Virus record (IMG/VR): IMGVR_UViG_3300045999_010702
Location: 1 to 33,989 of that record
Source: a virus
Taxonomy: Duplodnaviria; Caudoviricetes
DNA: 33,989 nt
Strand: one strand, 5' to 3'
Shown: positions 24,569 through 31,673 of the stretch, piece by piece
Layout: every line of letters begins with the position of its first letter
Numbering within the stretch: the stretch's first letter is position 1
Notes under the pieces: model-generated
Databases searched by the model: none
What the model saw: only the letters and a program-made list of their open reading frames with translations
What the model was told of the DNA's origin: nothing
Made by a program: the position numbers and the translations under genes

Positions 24569-25087
24569 CTACTGCTCCCAGCTTGGCATCACACGTGGCT
24601 GATTGTTGTAGTGTCCTACTTTTGCGTAGTCAATATCGGGGATGCCAGCGGTTATGACAAAAACCATCTGACCAATTTTTAATCCAGAATATAACGGAAG
24701 AGAGTGAAAACGGCGGGCATTAGTCAACTCTAAAGTCAACTTACTTCCGGCCCAATTGCAATCTGCAAACCCTGCGTGGCTGTGCTCGTAACCTTCGCGC
24801 GCACGACTAGATTTAAGGCAAAACATTCCGCACACATCGTTAGGCATGTTGAACGTTTCGCGTGTCTCCGCTAACACAAATTCACCGGGTGCTAGCCAGT
24901 AAGGATTCTCAGCGCTGCAGTGGGCAATCGACTGAAGCTGCAGCTCTGGCGTGTGCTCCACTTCCACCATGATGTTGTCACCAAGCCTGAGGTCAAGCGA
25001 CGCGGGGTTTAGCAGTTCAGGCTCAAACGGCTCGATCATCCGCTCCTCTTTGATGAGGCGCAGGATTTCGGTGTCGTGGAGAATCAT
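24569..25087 (-). CDS. dcd: dCTP deaminase
   Basis: MILHD.EI, NPASLDLRLG, PGEFVLAET.E, KSSRAREG, AGFAD, LTLEL and KIGQMVF motifs. Confidence 0.9.
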   Translation of the reverse strand: MILHDTEILRLIKEERMIEPFEPELLNPASLDLRLGDNIMVEVEHTPELQLQSIAHCSAENPYWLAPGEFVLAETRETFNMPNDVCGMFCLKSSRAREGYEHSHAGFADCNWAGSKLTLELTNARRFHSLPLYSGLKIGQMVFVITAGIPDIDYAKVGHYNNQPRVMPSWEQ

Positions 25088-25093
25088 TCAGAT

Positions 25094-26179
25094 TCAGTAG
25101 GGCCAAGTCAGCCTAGGACGTCCTGCGCGAATTCCAGTGTGAATAAATTTTTTAGGCGCGCCAAGGCCGGTGCTATAGGGCCATTCGCGCACGCACCATT
25201 CTTGCAGTTTGTAAATATCCACTCCTTCTAGGTACCAGTCAACCGCTCCTACGCCGGGCGCGTTAAACAGGTGCTCACTGCCGGAAGCGCCCCCCACCGA
25301 TTTGTTGATCGCGGGCGGCCTGAAGCCTGAAGTGATGATCACTGGTTTGCCGCCGAATGCCGAGCGCGCACGCTCAAGAAAAGCCGCTAGTTCTGCTGCT
25401 GTATCCACTTGATGCTGCGCTACAAACCGCCTTGCCTCTTGATCTAGCGCAAATTCCCCCAAGCGGATGTGCGGCGTCAACCGAGCACTAAACGGCGATT
25501 TCGGTGTCAGCTTTGCAGGATCTTGCTGAATCTCGGGTTGTTTCGGCAGACTTTCACGCCATAACGCCCCTTCGGCGCGACGCCGACGCAGTAGGCCCGC
25601 TTCAACATTGGTGCCTGGATTGCGATAAAGCTCAAGTGCAGCCGGCACCGCATTCCAATCTTGTTCGCGCAGGCGCTTGCTGATGGTTTCGAAGCCAGCC
25701 GAGCCATAGAAGCCGCTGCCGAGGTTATACGCGAAGTCGACCAGGCCAGATTGCTGCCCATCTGTCATCTGGTCCCAGTGCGGCACAGTGCGAGCAAGTT
25801 TTTCTGCGATCTGATCAACCTCGGTCCGCATAAACATATCGGCCTCGATCACGGTGATCTTGTCGCCACGCTGAACCGACCTGCCGCCGGGGTAGCGCGT
25901 GGTGCCGTAACCGATCGTGTACGGCTCCGCGCCGGACAACGGGTCAGGGTATGCGGTGAGGTGACAGCCCTCGAATTCTTTGATCAGCTTGAATGCAGCG
26001 GCATAATCGCCTTGCTTGCCGCCTTGACTCCAGGTTTTGAACCAGCCTTGGTCGCGACCGAGAATATGGGGGTTGGCCTTATTGATGGTCTCCTCAAGCT
26101 CAGCCAACGCCGCAGATTGATGCGGCAATTGCTTGTAATATTTGAACAGATCAATCAGGCGGATCTTGTTTTGCGTCAT
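25094..26179 (-). CDS. Endolysin: GH24 lysozyme + peptidase M15 domain
   Basis: IKEFEG..L.AYPD...TIGYG, FAYNLG and GLLRRRRAE, then ITSGFR...N..VGG...SEH...AVD...FIH. Confidence 0.92.
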   Translation of the reverse strand: MTQNKIRLIDLFKYYKQLPHQSAALAELEETINKANPHILGRDQGWFKTWSQGGKQGDYAAAFKLIKEFEGCHLTAYPDPLSGAEPYTIGYGTTRYPGGRSVQRGDKITVIEADMFMRTEVDQIAEKLARTVPHWDQMTDGQQSGLVDFAYNLGSGFYGSAGFETISKRLREQDWNAVPAALELYRNPGTNVEAGLLRRRRAEGALWRESLPKQPEIQQDPAKLTPKSPFSARLTPHIRLGEFALDQEARRFVAQHQVDTAAELAAFLERARSAFGGKPVIITSGFRPPAINKSVGGASGSEHLFNAPGVGAVDWYLEGVDIYKLQEWCVREWPYSTGLGAPKKFIHTGIRAGRPRLTWPY

Positions 26180-26417
26180 CAGTCCAAGGGGCGTGAATGC
26201 TCATTGCGCCACCGAGGAGGCGGCTATCACCGGTTTGTAGCTCGTCGTCGATGGCGTGATGCACGATGACAGGCTCGGGCTCAGCAGGTTGCGTTGCGTG
26301 CCACTCCGCTTCGGCTTGATCCAGCTTGGCCGGCAACGTCAGCTCAAACCACCATTGCCTGATGGCCTGCTCTAAACGACGCTGCCAACCGGGCTTGCCG
26401 AAGCTGATCAGAGCTTT
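26151..26417 (-). CDS. -1 frame extension of the holin-like gene (no ATG of its own)
   Basis: The frame is open from the A_AAA_AAG heptamer: KALISFGKPGWQRRLEQAIRQWWFELTLPAKLDQAEAEW... Confidence 0.6.
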   Translation of the reverse strand, partial: KALISFGKPGWQRRLEQAIRQWWFELTLPAKLDQAEAEWHATQPAEPEPVIVHHAIDDELQTGDSRLLGGAMSIHAPWTDDAKQDPPD

Positions 26418-26548
26418 TTTCCTTTCAGTGCGCGCAGGGCGTGAAAGACCAGTTGGATGATGCTGTTGTCTTTAAGCGGCGACAATGCAATCAGCTCAGA
26501 GGCAGCCGCGACGCAAATCCAAAATGCTGGATGATGAATAAAGTCCAT
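26408..26548 (-). CDS. Small holin-like membrane protein (not in ORF track)
   Basis: MDFIHHPAFWICVAAASELIALSPLKDNSIIQLVFHALRALKGKKL; located upstream of the endolysin. Confidence 0.65.
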   Translation of the reverse strand: MDFIHHPAFWICVAAASELIALSPLKDNSIIQLVFHALRALKGKKL

Positions 26549-26551
26549 TGG

Positions 26552-26803
26552 TCAACAGGATGGTGGACGTACTTCCAGCTTAGAGACCCTTTGCTCAACG
26601 GTATTAAGGCGAGAAAAAAATTCCTTTCTATCTTCCTTAATATCCGAATGCAATACCTCTAATTGTGTTGCAATATGTTCAACGGCACTCGTGAGGCGAA
26701 TAACCGCATCACGAGCTTCGTCTGATTTACGGCTAAATCCCATCGCGCCCATCGCCGCTACCGAGATGCTTGCGCCGGCCACTGCGGCTATGACTTCGAT
26801 CAT
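26552..26803 (-). CDS. Membrane-anchored coiled-coil protein (lysis module)
   Basis: N-terminal hydrophobic helix followed by heptads ending RLNTVEQRVSKLE. Confidence 0.7.
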   Translation of the reverse strand: MIEVIAAVAGASISVAAMGAMGFSRKSDEARDAVIRLTSAVEHIATQLEVLHSDIKEDRKEFFSRLNTVEQRVSKLEVRPPSC

Positions 26804-26827
26804 GGCAGCATTGGCTACGGATATAGC

Positions 26828-26962
26828 TTAGCGACCCTGTCCACGCAGAAGCTTTCGCGTGCCGCGTGGCTTAGACCGTTTGCCATTTCCTTGGCGTGTC
26901 AACTTGGGCTTGCTGGCTTGATGCTCGACGCGACCGGTGCCGGTTTTGCTTTTGACTGCCAT
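26828..26962 (-). CDS. Small very basic peptide (not in ORF track)
   Basis: MAVKSKTGTGRVEHQASKPKLTRQGNGKRSKPRGTRKLLRGQGR; TRQG...RGQG pattern. Confidence 0.6.
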   Translation of the reverse strand: MAVKSKTGTGRVEHQASKPKLTRQGNGKRSKPRGTRKLLRGQGR

Positions 26963-26964
26963 AA

Positions 26965-27072
26965 TTATTTATAGCGATCCTGCCAATCGTAGGTGTGGCA
27001 CCACTGCCAGACCATCATGCCAATGATGGCGATGGCTAGCAGTGATGTTGCAGCAGCGATGATCACGCCCAT
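26965..27072 (-). CDS. Small single-TM peptide (not in ORF track)
   Basis: MGVIIAAATSLLAIAIIGMMVWQWCHTYDWQDRYK; fills the gap exactly. Confidence 0.45.
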   Translation of the reverse strand: MGVIIAAATSLLAIAIIGMMVWQWCHTYDWQDRYK

Positions 27073-27374
27073 GGCAGACCAGGTGCAGTGGTGGGTGCAT
27101 GCTGTTGATCCAACTGCGCCTGCAGTGCGGCTTCGATTTCGTCGACTTTCTCTTCACCGAAGTGTTGCTTCACCCAGCCAACCACCAACTCTTCAGTCAG
27201 TTCGGCATAGGGAATCATGTCGCCGGGCTCGGGCTTTTCAAGGCCAATAGACCCATACGCCGAGCTGCTGTAGGTGCCATCATTGGCGCCAATCGTATAA
27301 TGCACCGTAAATACCACGCCGTCGGCGGTGTAGTGCTCCATATTGGCGACGTGCCATTCAAACGTGGTTGCCAT
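27063..27374 (-). CDS. Tail-fibre-associated protein (chaperone-like)
   Basis: TFEWHVANME...VFTVHY...IPYAELTEE.VVGWVK...GLPW, a family usually found downstream of fibres. Confidence 0.7.
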   Translation of the reverse strand: MATTFEWHVANMEHYTADGVVFTVHYTIGANDGTYSSSAYGSIGLEKPEPGDMIPYAELTEELVVGWVKQHFGEEKVDEIEAALQAQLDQQHAPTTAPGLPWA

Positions 27375-27375
27375 A

Positions 27376-27416
27376 AGAAAAAGTGGCGATAAAACAAATT
27401 TAGCAGTATCGCCACT
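27376..27416 (-). terminator. Hairpin plus U-tract after the recombinase gene
   Basis: 10-bp inverted repeat AGTGGCGATA (27382-27391) / TATCGCCACT (27407-27416), followed by TTTTCTT on the minus strand. Confidence 0.55.
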
Positions 27417-27439
27417 GAATGACACGGCGGATTACCGAT

Positions 27440-28294
27440 TCAAAGCACGGGCATTTCGTACTCCTTGGTTGTGCCGGCGTAGTGCTTGAAAATAATGTTT
27501 GCAGTGTTACCCGCCCAGGCTGCGATCTGCGTGATCGGAATTCCAGCTTCTAGCCAGCGACTGATTGCAGTGTGGCGAGCATCGTATGGACGATAAACGT
27601 GAGACACCAAGCCGGCTTGATGAAGTTGCACCGCACGTCGCCTAAAAAAGCTTTGAAATGCAAGCCTGTCCCAAGGGAAGACGTAATCATTCTCCTTGGG
27701 GACCTGCGCCAGAATTTCAATGCATTTCTTGTTGAGTGGCACCGAGCGGCGCTTGTTGGTTTTCGTGCTGTTCTTCAAGCCGTGGGTCAGCGTGTAATTC
27801 GAGTGAACAAGCACGCGACTGTCCTTGATGTCGTCCCATCTCATGGCACGCACTTCACCTGTGCGCATTGCGGTTTGAAGCATAAATTCGGCATATAACG
27901 CCCAATTCACGTCGCGATAAGTGAGTTTGGCCTCAAGCGCTGCAAGCAGAATTCCAACTTCTTCGCGTGGAATTACGATTACGTCTTCATCTCGCTGCGG
28001 CTTTTTCGGCATGCGGAAGCTGGCGACTGGGTTACGGGGCAGGATCGCGATGTCTTCCTGCACAGACCACCTGTAAAGACTGCGTACGTACATGGCGACG
28101 CGACGCCCTGAAAGGACTGGATGCTGCTGCAGCACCCAGGTCAAAATCTGCCGCCCCTGTTCAAAATCTTGTACAGGACAGCGGTTGAGCCACTTGGTCG
28201 TTTGCTTGTAGTCGGAAGTGAGGCTCGTTGGGCAGAGCGCGATCGAGCGTTCGGCGACGAACTGCTCCCAGGCTTCGACAAGGGTAATGGACAT
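27440..28294 (-). CDS. Tyrosine recombinase lacking an arm-binding domain
   Basis: TAMRTGE (R), STKTNK (K), YDARHT, AGNT and KHY (Y); about 284 aa from ATG 28294. Confidence 0.9.
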   Translation of the reverse strand: MSITLVEAWEQFVAERSIALCPTSLTSDYKQTTKWLNRCPVQDFEQGRQILTWVLQQHPVLSGRRVAMYVRSLYRWSVQEDIAILPRNPVASFRMPKKPQRDEDVIVIPREEVGILLAALEAKLTYRDVNWALYAEFMLQTAMRTGEVRAMRWDDIKDSRVLVHSNYTLTHGLKNSTKTNKRRSVPLNKKCIEILAQVPKENDYVFPWDRLAFQSFFRRRAVQLHQAGLVSHVYRPYDARHTAISRWLEAGIPITQIAAWAGNTANIIFKHYAGTTKEYEMPVL

Positions 28295-28316
28295 AATGCC
28301 AAAAATAAGCTTAAGC

Positions 28317-28345
28317 ATAATAGCACGCAATAAAAAGCCGGGCAA
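28317..28345 (-). promoter_or_regulatory. Promoter for the recombinase
   Basis: TTGCCC-N17-TATTAT with extended TG, overlapping the upstream terminator. Confidence 0.5.
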
Positions 28346-28355
28346 ACGGCCCGGC
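28332..28355 (-). terminator. Intrinsic terminator
   Basis: GCCGGGC-CGTTT-GCCCGGC-TTTTT. Confidence 0.75.
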
Positions 28356-28416
28356 GTAGCTGGATTCTTAATAAAGCTTGCTTATTGGCAATCCTGATAG
28401 CCAGAGGGGTCAAAGA

Positions 28417-28614
28417 CTAGTAACGAGTGCCGGTGTAGCTGCAGCTTGGGCAATGCACCCCATACTGCGGTGGCCAACTTGTAAGGCAAACTGATGGGTT
28501 GGAGTCCATCAGCTCCTGTTGGCACTCAGGGCAAGCGATCCCGTTGGGATGGGGCTGGGTGTTTAGCTGGAACATGCCCAGCGCCTGCTGATTGTGTTGA
28601 TCGAGGGTCTGCAT
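28417..28614 (-). CDS. Small Zn-ribbon protein
   Basis: MQTLDQHN...NGIACPEC...LTSWPPQ..VHCPSCSYTG. Confidence 0.7.
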   Translation of the reverse strand: MQTLDQHNQQALGMFQLNTQPHPNGIACPECQQELMDSNPSVCLTSWPPQYGVHCPSCSYTGTRY

Positions 28615-28630
28615 TAGAGAAGGGGACTCG

Positions 28631-29134
28631 TCACCGTGGCTGGTGACTCTCCATGTAGCGAAGAATTGCCTGCATTTCTTCCAGTGTGGCGTCGTTCTTA
28701 AGGAAGTTCGCCCTAGCCGAAATGACCATGACGTTGCCTTTGGTGTAGCCACCATTGGAATCAATGCGATCCAACGTCGGTGCGTTCCAGTTGTCTTTCA
28801 TCGAAACCCTGCCTTGACCGACTGTTGCTTGAAGCGGGATGCCAAGCACAGGGCACAGTTCAGGAATCACGATGTCGTCAACGGTCAAGTCGCAGTCAAG
28901 CCCTCGATCCTTGGCTCTGTTGTTTGCGTTGTACAACAGCTTTTTGCGTGGGTCAATCTTGATGTATTCCTTGTTGCGGCATTCCTTGCAACGTGCGCTG
29001 CGACGATTGCCGTCTGGACCCACGCGGTATGCGCCTGCATGCTTATCTGGCCAGAAGCTGTCAAACGGTAAAAACTGCTGACAGCCACAGCACCAGAGTT
29101 CGCTTGGATCAGGCGATTTAACTGGCGCAGGCAT
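28631..29134 (-). CDS. HNH-type (endonuclease VII-like) homing endonuclease
   Basis: CCGC..CKEC, PELCPVLGIPL and TLDRIDSNGGYTKGNVMVISARAN motifs. Confidence 0.85.
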   Translation of the reverse strand: MPAPVKSPDPSELWCCGCQQFLPFDSFWPDKHAGAYRVGPDGNRRSARCKECRNKEYIKIDPRKKLLYNANNRAKDRGLDCDLTVDDIVIPELCPVLGIPLQATVGQGRVSMKDNWNAPTLDRIDSNGGYTKGNVMVISARANFLKNDATLEEMQAILRYMESHQPR

Positions 29135-30606
29135 CAGGTGTAGACGATCATCAAGGTGCCATCCGACTTGCGATAAACGTCACCGTCTACCAATCCACCG
29201 GCTTTGGCTGCTGTGTTGTCAGCATAAGTGGGCGTGTTGGCAAAATTAAGGATGCGGGAGTTCTTGATCCGCATCGCTTCGGTAGGTGATGACGCCCCAT
29301 CAGCAGTAACGGAGAACACTAGGCGGCCTGGGTAGCTAGATCCAGCAGTCCAAGTCCCTCCATCCCTTTGTGCCTGTATCCACGCAGCATTTACATGCGT
29401 GGCATCGCCAAACATGATATAGCCGAGGTCTTCTGTTGAAGTTGGTCCATTTGTAGTTGTGCAGCAACGCAACACACCAGGACCAGTGGTACCGCTGTAT
29501 CCTTGGAGAAGGAGTGTTGTATTGCTAGACGTGGAAGACGTACCAACTAAGAGGCGCTTCGATGTATCAATGGTGACTGCTGCGCTGCCGTTTTGAATAA
29601 TGTCAAAGCCGCCAGCGTAGTTAGTTCCAATGGCGGCGTTCTGTGTGGTGGAACCACCGCGCAACTCCATGTGGCGAGTGCCGTCGCCAACACGAATAAT
29701 TGGCGCCGAAGAATTAAGGACTTCTAGTGTGGTGTTAACTGTAGAAGTGCCAATCCCTACCGCGCCTGTGTTCGAGACAACAAACGCGTCTGTATTCCAG
29801 TTGTTGTTTGATGCTCGCGTTGAAACCCTGAAGTCCCCCCCGTATCCGCTACCGCCGCCAGCACCAACAGCTCGAATACGTACGCGTGCATTTGATCCTA
29901 CAGTTGCGGTTGAATATAGGTACAAATAGTTTTCATTGCCGGTGATAGAAACGTCACCCTGAGCATCCAGAAGGGAAACAGGGCTACTAGTCCCCAGACC
30001 TAGTTTCCCGTCCGATGTGATACGGAGGCGCTCTACTTCATTTGTTTGAATAGTAAAAGGAATGCTAGACCGAGTTTGAATAGAAGCCAGAGAGCCTGTA
30101 TTGTAAAACTCGCAACCAACCCCACTATTTCCAGTCAGGCGCAATGTTGCAGTTGTGCTGCGCTGAATCTCAACACCGCTACCATTGCCAAATCCTGCAA
30201 AAGTAGTGCCAACATTAACATTCCCACTCGCATCCACAAACAACCGCCCCGTACCATTAGTCGAGATGGCTACGTTGTTTGCCGAAGGTAGATAAACGCC
30301 GTTGGTGGGGACACTGCTGCTGGTTGGGATGAACGATGCAGCCGTGCTCGTGCCAGTGGTGACGACGTTCTGGCTGCCGAAGTTGGGGCTGATCTTGGTG
30401 CCAGCAATCGCGGCGCTGCTGTCCACCATCGCATTGGTCACTAGGGACCAATCGGTGTCGTAGTTGGTGCTGCTCGCCTTCCGAAGCACTTGGTTGGCTG
30501 TGCCACCAGCAGAAATTGGGCTGCCCGTGGCGCCTTGCACGCCAGGCACCGCCAGCACGATTTGCGTATCCTGCTGGTCGATAACCGCAATTTGTACGTC
30601 AGACAT
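29134..30606 (-). CDS. Modular tail fibre protein
   Basis: Gly/Ser/Thr-rich; repeated ERLRI.S.G.(V/L)GIGT-type modules; located in the tail cluster. Confidence 0.85.
   Translation of the reverse strand: MSDVQIAVIDQQDTQIVLAVPGVQGATGSPISAGGTANQVLRKASSTNYDTDWSLVTNAMVDSSAAIAGTKISPNFGSQNVVTTGTSTAASFIPTSSSVPTNGVYLPSANNVAISTNGTGRLFVDASGNVNVGTTFAGFGNGSGVEIQRSTTATLRLTGNSGVGCEFYNTGSLASIQTRSSIPFTIQTNEVERLRITSDGKLGLGTSSPVSLLDAQGDVSITGNENYLYLYSTATVGSNARVRIRAVGAGGGSGYGGDFRVSTRASNNNWNTDAFVVSNTGAVGIGTSTVNTTLEVLNSSAPIIRVGDGTRHMELRGGSTTQNAAIGTNYAGGFDIIQNGSAAVTIDTSKRLLVGTSSTSSNTTLLLQGYSGTTGPGVLRCCTTTNGPTSTEDLGYIMFGDATHVNAAWIQAQRDGGTWTAGSSYPGRLVFSVTADGASSPTEAMRIKNSRILNFANTPTYADNTAAKAGGLVDGDVYRKSDGTLMIVYT
29307..30272 (-). 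repeat. Five in-phase TAGN-N7-NCTW sites at fibre module junctions (putative recombination cores)
   Basis: Sites at 30258-72, 29988-30002, 29745-59, 29535-49 and 29307-21; spacings of 270, 243, 210 and 228 nt. Confidence 0.6.
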
Positions 30607-30609
30607 GGA

Positions 30610-31194
30610 TCAGTTCCGTGAGTACGTGCGCTGTACGGTGGCGACACCTGTAAGCCAATAGTAACGCTCACCACCTGAAGTAGTTAGCGAAACATCGTAG
30701 CCGTAGCGTCCTTCAGCCAGTGTTAAAGCGGTTTCCTTGGGCAGTACAAGCTCAAAAGCACCATCCGCTGCCGTTGTAATTGTTGGCGTAAATGTTGCGA
30801 TAGAAGTATTGTCAATTAGTCCACGGATGTCAGCGTCAATACCGTAGCTGGTCAGATTGACGGGCTCGGCAACGTAAAACGTGCCGGTCGCTGTGCCTGT
30901 CACGCTAATGCTGCTACCACCACTGCTGGCGCTCACTTGAAATGCACTTGTTGTAAGACCGGCGGAAATGACGTAGTAGATCGTGTTGAGTGTCAAACCA
31001 CACGGAATCGTGGTGCCACCCGTAAACACAACTTTGTCGCCAGCGGTTAAGCCGTGGCAGTCGCAGTTAAATGTCGGGGTGCCAGCGGCGATGCTGATAC
31101 TGCTCAGCGTCTGACGATTTTGCGTTGCACGAAACGAACCTTTCCAGGTTGCGTTTTGCAGAATTGTCAGATTGTACGTAGCTGGGTAGATCAT
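30610..31194 (-). CDS. Virion structural / tail adaptor protein
   Basis: MIYPATYNLTILQNAT..., internal HGLTAGDKVVF...YYV beta domain, and YDV.LT..G..YYWL.G C-terminus. Confidence 0.7.
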   Translation of the reverse strand: MIYPATYNLTILQNATWKGSFRATQNRQTLSSISIAAGTPTFNCDCHGLTAGDKVVFTGGTTIPCGLTLNTIYYVISAGLTTSAFQVSASSGGSSISVTGTATGTFYVAEPVNLTSYGIDADIRGLIDNTSIATFTPTITTAADGAFELVLPKETALTLAEGRYGYDVSLTTSGGERYYWLTGVATVQRTYSRN

Positions 31195-31217
31195 GATGCC
31201 GGTGCCGTAAGTACAGG

Positions 31218-31673
31218 TTACTCAGGTTGCTGTGGCCAAGTCACGTTCCACGGAAATCCGGTTTGCGATGGAAGGTTGCGCAATTCGGAGCGGTACTTTG
31301 CCCAGTTGATGCGGACTTGGGCGTCAAGGCCGGTATCAGAAAGCTGGGTCCAGTCGCAAGCTGCTAAGCGTGCATTGCGCTCTCGGCGAACGCCATCTGC
31401 ACGATTGTTGATGATGATCTGTTGCTCTTCCGCGGAAAGCGGCTGCACGTCCCACTGTTGGGTCCAGATGCCGTTGACTTGCTCGACTGGAAGCTGCACT
31501 ACGCGCTCGGTGCGGTAGTCGCACTCGGGCATGGGCACCTCGCGGATGCTGATGACGCCGTAGGTTTTGAGATCAGCTTTTTCCAGGTCAGCAGGGAAGC
31601 TGACGCGCGGATAACGCTCTTGAAGCTGCTGGCGCCCAATCGGCGTTTGCGGGTCAGCGAGAAAAGCCAGCAT
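31218..31673 (-). CDS. Tail fibre assembly chaperone
   Basis: VRRERNARLAACDWTQLSD...WAKYRSELRNLPSQ.GFP..V.WP..P. Confidence 0.85.
   Translation of the reverse strand: MLAFLADPQTPIGRQQLQERYPRVSFPADLEKADLKTYGVISIREVPMPECDYRTERVVQLPVEQVNGIWTQQWDVQPLSAEEQQIIINNRADGVRRERNARLAACDWTQLSDTGLDAQVRINWAKYRSELRNLPSQTGFPWNVTWPQQPE

Noticed and set aside
7162-25087. S-2L-like Z-genome or other base-modification cluster
   Set aside because: An AEP primase is present, but I see no PurZ, DatZ, MazZ, DpdA/Que or methyltransferase motifs in this window.
25661-26269. 202-aa plus-strand ORF
   Set aside because: Antisense shadow of the endolysin.
27440-28294. Calling the recombinase a lysogeny integrase, XerC or integron IntI
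   Set aside because: There is no arm-binding domain, no adjacent repressor, excisionase or recognisable tRNA-like attP, and no evident IntI-specific insertion. An integrase role is not excluded but is unsupported.
30187-30220. Sixth recombination-type site at the NVNVGT module
   Set aside because: Only the right arm (ACTA) is present and the left arm reads TTAA, so it was not counted.
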